NCBI GenBank assembly: GCA_030704615.1
Contig: CM060731.1
Coordinates: 7,192,001 to 7,256,000 of the forward strand
Reading direction: 5' to 3'
DNA: 64,000 nucleotides
Origin: Takakia lepidozioides
Taxonomy: Eukaryota > Plantae > Bryophyta
Shown: positions 27,802 to 40,169 of the stretch, piece after piece
How the letters are laid out: the number at the start of each line of letters is the position of its first letter
Numbering within the stretch: position 1 is the stretch's first letter
Notes under the pieces: generated by a model
Told to the model about the DNA's origin: nothing
The model's database searches: none
Seen by the model: the letters and a program-made list of their open reading frames with translations, nothing else
Position numbers and translations under genes: made by a program

Positions 27802-30800
27802 TTTCGCCCGACCCAAAAACAAAAGCCCAAAAAGAAAAATAAACGTGTTCGACCTAACCCTCCGTGGTTGAGAGTTAGGTCAAATGACGCTCTCTCACAA
27901 AATAAAGGTCTTCATTATGTCTCACATCACATCAAATACCTGAAAGTACATACTAGTGCATCTGAATATGAGAGCATGTCTTCTTCCTCACTTGGTTTTT
28001 TTTCTAGGTCTTCATTAATATATTCATCTGATTTATTCTATGTCTCTTTATTAGGATATCCAGTTACAGCCGTTATTTTTTTCTACTATCTCTATCCGTC
28101 AAGACTAGAGAACGTCGACATTCATGTCGACGTTTTATTCTTTATATCATTTCTTATTTTTCTTGGTCCTCATCGACACATCCACATGATATACTCTAAT
28201 TCTCTTAATATCTCTTCATCCGTCGGAGTCTTCTTTCTCTTTATCTTCTAATTAAGATATTCAGCTACAGTCCTTCTACTTTTCCTATTTATCTCTATCC
28301 GTAGAGATTAAGGAATGTCGACATTCATTTCGACGTTCTGTCCTTTCTCGAAATGGATTCCTTATCATCTGGTCTCAAAATCTTCCTCTGTCACAAAACG
28401 TCGAGGGTTATAGTTGCAACTGACAACTGCCTGAATGTGACTGGTGAAGGTCAGTGCCATAGACGTTCATTGACCTCATCAACAATTAGTGTGATAATCA
28501 CTACATTTGAGAATGGCTATGGGACGATGCAATTGTCATATCCTCGTATGGATACAGACACACTAACTGAGGCTCTTGGGATACATGTCATGCGAGATTT
28601 GTGTGATATCTCTCTGGACTATCCTACCTCTAGTCCAGAATGTCCTTCTCGTCTGAAGATGGAGATGAATCAGAAGAATCCGTGGATGGAGAAAATCCTC
28701 AGAGCCCTCTTGGAATGAGTAGTTGGAGAAATCATATGAGTATCTTTTTAACGGAAGAAGGCGGTGACATCTACGAGGGAAGAATACACGCATGCATTCC
28801 GGATGAGGTGGTACTTTGTGACAAACTCGGGGATGACTATGTCGGTGTTCTCATTACCAGGGTGCTAGTAGGAGGATGTGGATCTCTCATGTCCATTGTC
28901 AAGTGGCCTTTGATTAGAACAAAATTCTTGCAAAATGGAAGGTTGCTTTCGGAAGATCTACAAAATTTTCTACAGCTCCGAGATGGCTAGTGAACCGGAG
29001 GATGGTGAGTGTGGTATAAAGAAGACTCCTTACATGAATTTTCGTAGATCCAAAAGAGGTGTTGCTTTGGACGAGTCTAGGAAATCAAAAAGATTACTCT
29101 CGAAAAAGTCTGTGAGAGAAGTCAGTAGCAAACCATGTTGTCAGTTTCGGTGCTGTCAATTTTTTGATTGGAAAAAGACGCTTGCTCTTCGCACTACATT
29201 TTGGGGATCCACCTTCGACAATAGACGAAAGCTGGGATTTGACATTCCACGGAGACTACACAGACTCGAGGGGTCAACTCGTTGAGCATACATTACTATT
29301 GAGGGAGTGGATATTTGCGAGAAGGCGTGGTGGACAATTCATGGAATTGGCAGATCAACTTATATGGAGTACAAAAGACTCAACAAAGAAGGGATTATCT
29401 CTTCTCTGCATGGAAATTGTGGAATGAAGCGGCCTCACCCAGAGACTGTTCAAGCTGAGGGAACATATTGTCTATCATTAACGGGAACAGTGACTTCATG
29501 CCACATAAGACGAGATTGGTGACGAGCTTGGTGGGGGGCGCCGAGATACACTCCGTGTACTACCTCCAGAGATTAATTGGAAACGAGTTCGATCGATCAA
29601 TAGTCTTTATTTATCTACTACCTGTATTAGGCTGATGGGATTACTATATGAGACCTCGACATTAGTAACCTCAACGTTCTACTATATTCTTGGGCGCGCA
29701 TGACAGACCAATCAAGTTCTGGGCTTAGGGCCTATGTCTACTTCAGCGGTGAGTCGAATTAGAAAGAAGATTTTTTTCCAACGTCGGAGTTAGAAAAAAT
29801 GGAGGGACATTTGCAAAATGTACAGAGTGTGAGATGCTAAAGGACCTCATTAAGAAATATGTGAAAAGAAGTGGAGACCAAATGTGTCATAAAAAAGCTC
29901 TTGACAAACATCTGAAGCATCAAGAGTCTTGCCGAAGACTCTACCATAGCTGGAGGAATGAATCGGTTATGATGCCAACAAAATTCTTATGCATCATTCA
30001 TGATAAGATGGATCATCGAAAGACTGCTCTTCCACGTTTGCAAACAACGAACAACATGATTTCAGGCTTGGGGCAGCTTCCAGTGTCTATGGCGGGTATC
30101 GTTACTCATGGTCACGGAGATGTCGCGTACGCTCAATATTGGATGGATTTTTGGCTAGCAGATCCCAACTTCGTTATAGGATCTTTGGCTAGAATTTTGC
30201 GACAATTGGAGAAACCAACATGTCGTGGATCAATATTGGGCAGATATTCTTGAAGAACTTGACCTTCCGTTGGAGGAGCCAAATGACGAGCTTATCGAAA
30301 GATTTTGGCCAGCACAAAATGGGTCGAGCACCATAGGAGAGACCGTGTTCATAGACAGTCTCAAGACGCATTGTCCGATAATGAAGATATTGTGGAACCG
30401 TATTGTGGGCCGAGATGTGACCGTCCGAAAATACCGTTGAATCCATTCAAAGATATTGAGAAGTGATTCGCCCAAATGATACTGAGACTTTTCCTGTTTG
30501 GATGGGAATGAAAATATCGGATGTTGTACGAGATAGAGAAGATCGCAATTACAAAAAGCTTCTTGTGGAGTGGTAGAGACCGAAGAAAAGGGGCAATCCT
30601 ACGGATGCAGATAGATACAAAGATTGTTGGTCCAAAAATTGGGAGTTCAACCCAATGGATTCCACTCAATGGATTCATGTTGACAATGTAGTATGGACAA
30701 TGCCACCGAGAAAAAATATGACAAAAGCAAGCACAAAAATAATAATTGCTCGAGATGCGGACAATGCTAGAGCAAATTTGAAACCAGCAAATCGTCAAGA
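27802..30800 (+). mobile_element. Decayed DDE DNA transposon copy 2 (Sola-like, tentative) with partial transposase core
   Basis: Broken ORFs 28640-29522 match copy 1. ORF 29834-30253 has CKKCE-like/HLKHQ segments and LCIIHDKMD…ALP…GIVTHGHG…DPNFVIG (first catalytic Asp region). There is an apparent internal deletion near 30222, followed by a C-terminal …FWP…PVWMG…LVEW segment. Confidence 0.65.
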
Positions 30801-30949
30801 TAATGAAAACTAAAATGGTATTAATGTAGACAACTCTCCAACTTTCTTGTTTTCTTATAATGTTTTAAATCTCAATGACTTTGAATGATGGATAAAAAAT
30901 AGTTGTTCTACTCAATTGTAATGTTATTCATTCTTCTAGCCAAATTTGG

Positions 30950-33080
30950 ACCACTTTCAATAAATTTTGTTAGAGTGGTTGGGATTTAAAAAAAAACCTT
31001 TTGCTTAATAATACTTGCAAGTTTTTATATAACCTCCTAAACACTTTTTCATTTTTTTTTTTGGATTGGTTTGGATTTTTTAATGACATTTTTATAGGTC
31101 CTAAATGTTATTCTTTCATAATATTTGTTTCTTATCTAATATACTTTAACTTAGCCTTAGCCCAGTACCACAAAAATATCTTTGTAATGTTTGAAGCTTG
31201 ACACTCGGAATTAATTATTTTTCTAACTTTGAGATTGCATATTGCAGTGGTTGGAATATTTAATTGAAAATTTGTATAGGTCCTAAACACTCTCTCATCA
31301 CCTGTCATTCATACTTTTGTCGGAGACTTAACCCTATAGCCTTAACCCTATAGCCTAAAACGTAGTTGCTACATTTGAAGCTCAATTAATTACGTTTTCC
31401 AGCTTACATGTATGACAGAGTCATCGAGATATTTACTTGGAAATTCTGACTCTTCCATATGTTTTTTTTTACTTGAAATACTTTTGTTTATCCGAAACCC
31501 TATACCGCAAAACCTCATTCAAGAAGTTCATTCAAATCAATTTTTGAGCTTTGGATATAATACAAATTACAATGGTTAGAATATTATATTGACTTGACTG
31601 TTGAATGTTTTAAAAATTATAGGTCATAAATATTCACGCATATTTTCATGTGATTCATACTTTTATTTCTTATAATCTTTATGCCCCTAAAACCTTATAT
31701 CCATGTTTGAAGCTTCCTAAGAAAGCAAATTCCTACTTTGGAATACAATGCATTCAAGGTTGGGATATTTGATTGAAAGTTTTTATAGATTCCATATATT
31801 GTTGTTGTTTATTGAAAGTTTTTATAGGACTTCGTACACAAACTGTCTTTTCCATATTAGTTTCTCATTGATATTTTTGTCCACCCTATCCATGTTTGAA
31901 GCCCAAGTCCCGTTTTTGTTTTTTTTTTTTTTTCACCCATTTCTAAATTTTTCAGCTTTGGGGTACAATAGAGTGGGGACGTGGTCGGAACAAATTTTAA
32001 TCCCAACATGTATAAGATGAATTAGCTCATTAAAATAATTGCTTAGTACTTCTTGGTAGCAATTTTGTATGGAACTTCCTTATAAGCACTTTTCAACCCT
32101 TTGTTTACATTGAATAGATTTTTTTTTTTTTTGGCTAGTACTAAGCTTTGGGGAAGTTTATAGAATTTTACGATATTTAATTGAGAGATTTTATATGTCT
32201 TAATTACTCTTGTAAATTTGTTTGTCATTGAATAGTACCAAATCTGTTTACCCTATATCCTAGTATGTCATCTTTTTTTATTGTTTGAAGCTCATTATTC
32301 TTTTTCCCCCATTGATTCACTTTATAATAAGATAAAGTGGTCTAGATTTTTAATTGATATTTTTGTAGATCATAAGTTCCATTCTTTCATATTTGTTCTT
32401 ACCTATATTTGAGCTTAATAGCCTAAGCCCAGTACCCCAAAAATATCTTTGTAATGTTTGAAGCTCACTCAAAAATTTCTTTTCTAACTTTGGGGTTGCA
32501 TACTACTAAGAGTTCTTGGAATATTGAATTGAAATTTTGTATTAGTCCTAAACAGTATCCCATTATTTGTATCATTCACACTTTTGCTTGTTCTAAACCC
32601 TACTATACCCTAAAACGTAGTTTCTACATTTGAAGCTCATTGATTCATTTTATTCTAGCTTATATGTATGATAGAGTCATCAGGATATTTACTTAGAAAT
32701 TCTTATATGTTCTACACACTCTTCCAATTTTATTTTGTACTTGATAGTACTTTTACTTCTCCAACCCCCTATACCGTAAACCTCATTCAAATATTTGAAG
32801 TACATTCAAATCATTTTTCCAGCTTTGGGTATAATACAATTATGGTTAAAATATTACTTGATTGAACGTTTTTATAGGTCATAAACTTTCCTGCATATTT
32901 TGTGTGATTCATACTTATAATTTTTCTAAAACTTTATGCTCCTAAAACCTTATATCCATGTTGGAAGCTCGTTAAAAAAACACATTCTTACTTTGGGGTA
33001 CAATGTATTCAAGGTTGAGATATTTGATTGAAAGTTCTTATAGGTTCGATGCACTGTTGTTTCTTTTTTTCCCCTCTTCA
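30950..33080. repeat. AT-rich diverged tandem/subterminal repeat region
   Basis: About 31090-31830 is duplicated at about 32360-33060 (offset about 1270 bp). Inside it a ~180-200-bp unit recurs, carrying TTTATAGGTC, CCCTATA and TTTGAAGC motifs. Confidence 0.7.
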
Positions 33081-33589
33081 CATTTTTTTTCTTACTTCAT
33101 TTTTACAAGCTACCTATCTACGCGGAGGCATTTGCAAAAACATATTTTCGTGCTACGCACACCAGTCTTCTCAATGTCAACCTTATGTGTAGATGTTCTA
33201 GTTTCAGGGCTAGGGTGTTTGTGGACTATATATAGTGCATTTGTATTGGGGATAACAGACTAATTGACAATATGTACTGGGTAATGATGTCTCATGGATA
33301 CTTGTGCTAATGAGTATATATCCTTTGCATTGGTTAAATTTGTATATCATGCGATTTTGATGTTGACATTTAATGAATTTGGAGTCATACAAATTGTGTT
33401 ATTAATATATATCATTTGCATTGTCTAATGTATGTCATTCAACTTTGATATCGACGTTTTTAGGAATTTGGAGTCATGCACATTCACTTGAAAACTAAAT
33501 CTTGATTCATTACTTTCATATTTGTAATTATTTGTTTAATTTAATATAAAATTATATTAAGTTTTGTCCGGATTTTAGCCAAAAGTCCA

Positions 33590-36500
33590 GAAATAGTTTA
33601 AATTGAGTTCTGTTCGATAAAGGGCAGAGTTTGGAGCGTAGATGTTGACGAAGTTAGTGGGCTCGGAGTCGTTGGGGAAGAGATAGAGCAGAACTGAACT
33701 TTGCCCGGTTCCCACACTAATAGGATTGCTTTAGGGAAGTTGATAGGAGGATGGCAGTGCCTCCTTTGGTAGTTTCATAGGTGGGTTTCCAGAGCGAAGA
33801 GGGTTTGGGCCAGAGTTGGTTGGTGAGACTCTGGATTTTGGTTTCAGAGAGTTTGTGTTCTTGGAGAAAGACGATGGAATGAGAGGAAATCAATGGGGCC
33901 AGCCAGCTGATAGTTTGATTTTTTTAAGTGCCATTTGGTCGGATCCAAGCCATCTAATGTTCCAAGAGAGTAGATTAACCTGCATCAGGAAAAGTTGACA
34001 GGTTGGGAAATATATGATTCTCAATTGATGGCCTGTTGGTGAAGTAGCGAAATCTGGTTCTTTTGTCCGATGGAGGAGGGAGGAAGACCATGGCAATTAA
34101 TGGGAGTGTGGTGGCATGGTGAGCAGAGTTGAACTAGCATAATCGTTTTGAATGCTATTCCAGGGATATGAGCTCCCAGGCAGTCCAGATGAGCAATCGA
34201 ACACAGATTACGAAAGAATAAGGAGAAGTCCGAGTAGCTATGGTGGGAAGGAGGTCCAAGAGCTGGTAATGAATGAAAGAGGTGGAGGTTTTGACAGGAG
34301 GCTTCTGTTTCTTCATGGACAGAGCTGCTGATGGGGGTAAGAGAGAATGGTTGGGAGAAGTTCACGGGACCGTAGAGGGTTTTTGAAGGATGACACACAG
34401 AGAATTATGCATCTGCGCTTATTGTTAGAGATAGAAGAGGAAACAAGCAATGGAATCGGCCTGGGAGTGGGGGTGTAGACTCACAGGGAGAGATGTAAAA
34501 CGTGTTGCTGGAGTTGGGACGGCAGCTGAGTCTGCAAAGCTTGTGGAAGGGGGTCCGCGTGCAAGGAATACTGGGAAGAGAGTGGAGCCGAAGGGGTCGT
34601 AGGTGGGATTGAATGTCTCCGAGAGGCGCCTGCTTTCAATTGTTTCATTTTCTGCATCTCTTTCGGTCGCCAAGATTGCATACAGGATCGTGAAAGCATT
34701 GTGGATATTGTCTCATGCCAGTGGTTTAGTAGTCGCACAGGGTTCGTCGAAATGAGTGCCCAAACCCCGGGTGTAGTGCCGCCATTGCCTCGAAGGTGTT
34801 CTTCTTCCATTACCGCGATGATGTGGGTGTTTGGAGTGAGATCTTGACTTAACCCAGGAAATGCCTCCACGTAGGTGCCCCATGTAATCACCGAGGGTGA
34901 GGCCAAGGTGAAAAGTGGATAAGATGAGAGGAAATAGTCCCTGATTTTGTTGCACATTGCTGGGATTGGAGTGTTGTCCATGGGGCATTTTGCTATGAAA
35001 TTCTGCACGTCCGTTGTTGTGATCCAAATTGAGTCCATATGCATGCGGTCTGATGATCCCCTTGAATTTGTTTTCCCTGATAGCAAATTTCGAAGAGGCT
35101 TCAAGCAACATAAGGTCCATCAAATCCTTCATTTTCTTGGCGGGAGGGGAGGTAGATATTTGTTGGGCATCCGTAGCTCCTTCCTGGCAATCTGTTGCCA
35201 TAGGTGGGACATTGTAGATCTTATTTGAGGGCTGAAGACTGTGGTCCGCCAGGGACCGAGTTAGACATGAGAGGAAGACTCCGAGTAGAATGAGATAGCT
35301 CAGCACCCAGCTGGATAGTATTCACTCTTTTACTTTTTGCTTTGGGACAATCTGCTTTGAGGTGCCCTGAAACCCCACAGTAGTAACAAGCTGTGGAAGA
35401 GGTATCCTTGGACAATTTGACAGAGAAGTAATTTCCCATTTTGTCAATGGGCAGCCTGATAAATTCTGGCAGAATTGTGTCAATAGGCATCATTACAACA
35501 ATTTTTGGAAATCCGTTTTCACGAGGCCTTGATGCAATTGTGGCGCCCCTCCATGCTGGTTGTTCTCTTAGAGGATCGGGTACACATGCTGGGATCAAAC
35601 ACGGCCAGACATCCTAGAAATGTCCCAAAGTAGTTGCCAATCTCCGGGAGACTAAAGAGATATTGATCAGGGATGTAGGGAAACGTCAGGATCCTTAGAC
35701 TCCATATTTTTCCATTTTTGTTGCCCATATCCTTGGACCATGGGAAGATATTGACGTTGAATCCATGCAGATGGGGATTAAAGGAGAGCGCTTTATCCGA
35801 TGGAGAAAAAACCCCTTCCTCGTGCTTGACAAAAATAATGGTTCAGATTGCCAGTACCCCCTAGATGCTTTATTGCCCAATCCCGCGCGTGATTCCTTTC
35901 AACCTTCTTGCCATTGAGGGGACTGGGTAGATTAAACCCATGGACTAAGCACGGTGTGCCATATAGAAGCATGTGCCTGTTAATGGCTGCATGCGATGGA
36001 TTCCTCCTAGTCTGGAAGGTCTTGACCTTGAAGGAGCATACTTGAGGACTCTGTTGAGCTAAGGACCCATGGATGGAGAAGCAAGGGAGAGAGTAATGAC
36101 AGGTGAAGCTGGAGCAAAGAAGGTGATCGTGGGAAGGTGGGAGCAATCTAGATTAGAGAAAATGGGAGAGGGACAGGAAACAAGTTAGACGCAAAAAGCC
36201 TGGGAAGACTCGAAGGTGGACACTGATAGATGGGGGAAGCGGGGCTTCACGAGCGTTGTGAGGGGACCAAATGAGCAGGTAATTAGTGAAGGTGGCAGCA
36301 GCCTGGTGGATGAAGCCAAGGCTTGACGGCGTTCAGAAGTTAGATGGAAGAGGGGGGGACTTGATTGGATGGCGGGGGCTAAACATGGAGGATAAAGAAA
36401 GGCGCAGTTGCATGGCGGCTCATCATTAAGAGGGGACTCAGGGGAACTAGACTCGCAGGCAGCGGACTGGCGGGCAGACCGGCCGCGCCAGAGGCGCGGG

Positions 36501-36837
36501 CGGGCGGGGGTGCCGGCGGGCGGGGGGAGCCGGGCGTTCATGCGCGGGGCCCACCGGTCAGCTCGTGCATGCACAGGAGCTGGGGATGAAGGAGAGTTGT
36601 TCATCGGTTGCCGAGGCGAAAGCTGAAGGTTTTGGGGGATGGTTTGTGGAAGGTTGCGGGATTATGATGGTTCAAAATGATTCTTAAGGTACCAGGGAAG
36701 CGGTGAAGGACGAGGCGATGATGCACGGAATGATTGCAAGGGATGGTAGCGAGGCCTGGGACGAGGAAGCTTGAGAGAAAGACGTTGGCAGCCTGCTCAC
36801 ACACCGCGAAACGCGGAGCTCCTCCTCCGCCTCCCAT
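33590..36837 (-). mobile_element. L1-type LINE remnant (ORF1 plus start of ORF2 endonuclease)
   Basis: ORF1 fragments include a CX2CX4HX4C knuckle (CYYCGVSGHLKADC, about 35350-35391). ORF2 begins with MQVNLLSWNIR and has FVNIYAPNS near 33640. Many frameshifts; 3'-truncated. Confidence 0.8.
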
Positions 36838-39800
36838 TGTCTTCTCGCATTAATGTTAATTTCATAATTAGCATATCTTAATGTCTATTTCAAGACAACG
36901 TAGAATTATAATTGGATGGCATAGTAACCATAATAAAATGAATGTTGTTCACTTCTTGGGGGGGGCCTATCTGTCAGAGATAGGTGTATATGAGTCCAAA
37001 CTTTGGAAAATCATATCAATTTCAAGTTTCAAGTATAATTCATGAAACCACTTAAATCTTGTTTCTTTTTCATTTGCTAATCCATGAAAATTATGTCCAT
37101 TTTCTTCCACTCATTCTAACCATGAGCACTAGGTAAACTGTCCATTTAGGGTTCATCTCCTTAGATAGTGAAGGAAAATTAGGTACCTCAACCAAGCAAT
37201 CATATGCAATACCCCTGTCCAGTTTGAAAGCCTTTGGCAATGGTGCTCTTCTTCCCACTCGCATGTCTCATGTACAGTACTGAGACTTGTGAGTTTGGTC
37301 TGGAAATGCAAAGCAGAGCTTATTAGCAGGTATGTGTGTGCAGCTTGTTTCTTAACCAGTCTTGCCGCGTTTACACGCATACTTACTGGCGTGAAACAAG
37401 TCGATTACGACAGGAGTTGAAAGGTCTGTTAGTGTGGTAATCAAGCAAGAGAGACACAATCTGTCGCTCTCTTGGAGAGAATCGTGCTACCTCTTGCACT
37501 TTCTAATTACAGACTGTCTGCAGGCGCTCACAAATCTCGGATACGGGCAGTATGGGCAATGAATGCCAACTGTGCCTCACCAATAGCTTTTCACTACAGC
37601 TCAGATGTCGATGCGGTGATGGTGCCCGCTGTAGACTCGGTCGCTCTTATCCCTACAGCTGTGAGCCCAGTTATTAGTCATCATCCATCAGCTACACCTC
37701 ACAATGTAACCAACATTTGAACCCAACTTGGCTACCCGTCCATGGAATTAGCAATTATAGATAAACATGTCCTTCGAGACTTAAGCTTCTAGTGGTGTGG
37801 TCTAGCTTCCAATATGGTTCGTCCTACCGGTTTACTGGCTAATAAGTGACAAGAATCCTTGTTGTTGTGAATCCTGCACAATTTTGCAGAGGCGAGAAGG
37901 CAGTTGGAACTTCCATATGATGATCGAAAATGTAGTTGGACAGTGGGACAGTGGGACAAAAAATTCTCTTGGCATCATATACTCCTGTGCTCGGAGTTCT
38001 TGTTCAGTCTGAGGAAGTTTCTTTCTGGTTTCTTTAGGATTCCAGAGGACAGAGGATTGAAAGGTTAACCCCGGCGACAAGTAGGCCCCACCACTTGTAC
38101 GCTGTAGAGCAACAACCTGCATGCATCGATTGCATCGTCGGATGCTGTTGCTTTCTAGTTGACAATTTACGTGTTGCCGACACTTTGCACTGGACATGAG
38201 GACACCAACTAGATATATGTTAACGATTTTAGTTCTTAGAAAGGGCCGTCATGTGCATACATGTCGGTACTGCGTCAACTCATAGACGACAGATGCAGGC
38301 CTGCAGACGATTGGCACCTACCCTCACTTACAGAGCGCAACTAGATTGCTCTGCAGATGCCTAAAATATTGGCCCTCCAAATGCAAGCTGTACACTGCCA
38401 ACAAAACCGGTTTTGCTTGCAACGATCACAATTCATGCTGCGATCGGGGTAATTTGACCTGTACTGCTTCATACCCCAAGGATGGATTCAACCATTCCAA
38501 CAAAGCCAGAAAGCTTCCAATCGGACAGATGATATTCTTTGCGGCGCACCTTCCAAGGATAGAGGAATCTATTCGCATGCCCCACTGATTCGCTCTTCCC
38601 ACCTGCTTCCCACAGTGTCGGGTTGCCTGACCTTCCCAAACTGGGCAAATTAGTTGGTGGACATAGTGAGCTACATTGACTTTTATAGGTCAGGCCTACC
38701 TTATTCTGACCTATAAAAGTCAATGGAATGTTTAACAAAATGCCAAAATTTGTTCAGCAGTTTCACTGCGGAGCTGGATATAATACGATATATTTATACT
38801 ATAACATGAAATATGAAGGTCGGTAAGAATGCAGGTGTTTCGCGCCTGCGTTTCTTTAGTCACGTGCACAGGAGACTTGCGGCTATACATATTGTGATCT
38901 TCATGTATCGCCCACTCCATATTGGCTGATGACAGGGACGTCCGCGCTCTAACTACAAAGCAAAAGCTCCAAAAATGCTAGACCTGTACTACGTCTTCAA
39001 TCCAAGCTGGTCACAGTTGCATGATCCATGTCGTCACCCAAGTTACGGGTCAATTCGTGTGCCGGTGATGCTCCGGCCAGCCAAAGCCCAACTTAGTATC
39101 CGAGGCCTTGCACCGGCTTCCCTGCTTCGCCATTCTTTGCTGATAGCGATGGCCCCCACCAACGTGTAACCATTCCCTCTATGCTGGCCAACCTGCTTGA
39201 TGGATGTCGTCAAAATGCATGGAGAAATTACCTCGACATTCACAAATGGGTCCTACTACTCCAGTCTGGAGATGGCTCCCCATACGAGCTTGTCGGCCAG
39301 TATGCCTTTAACAAAGCATACCCCATTTTGTCCGTGTTAGCACGCATCTTCTACAACAGGATGGAAGCAGTTGCATCACCCAATCTCGAACGTGTCCTGG
39401 GCGCAACTGGAAACTCCCTAGATATCTAGCAAGACCGCCTAAAGCACATGTATGGTAGTATCCAAACGTAGACCAGTCATCAAAATATGCACTTGAACAG
39501 TGGGACGCTAAGTTTAGGACTGTTGACTGTGTACGGGTGCTCCATGCAATTTGCTACTTCAACTACTACCCATCAGAAGACACAGATCTATTTGCTCTTA
39601 AAGGCCTTTTGTCGGTGCACAAAGTACTGTTAAACCTGCAGGTGGATCTTTGGGGTAATACTTCCACGGTAATCGACAGGTACTTGCGCAGAAGCAGCTT
39701 GTAGAAGTTAGAAACGTTGACATTGCACTCAAAGTCGTCGTTTGTGCTCCAGCTGGACAGTGGCACGCTACCTCGCGCATATATAAATTGAGACAATCTC

Positions 39801-40169
39801 TGTCTCTGATCCTCACGCCTTGCAATCGAGCTTCTCACTGAGCAGTTCCCAAACCGTAGCTTATCAATCTTGGAGTGAGATACTAGAATTAGTTGAATCC
39901 CACATCTGGAGCTGTCAGGAGCTTGAACAAGATGCATTGATAACCCAGTTTCGAGAAGTCGAACTGTATGTCAACTGAAGAGACAGATAGCAAGATCAGA
40001 AGGCATTTACAATATGTAAGATCTAGATATCACGTATTAGTCCTAGACATCAATGTTATAGATAGTGACACGGATTGATCATAAAAGACGCCAAATCGTA
40101 GATACTGTTAGAGATCACAAAGCGCGAGATCAGACTTACAACTAGAGCTTGAGCTTGGGACTCGGTAAA

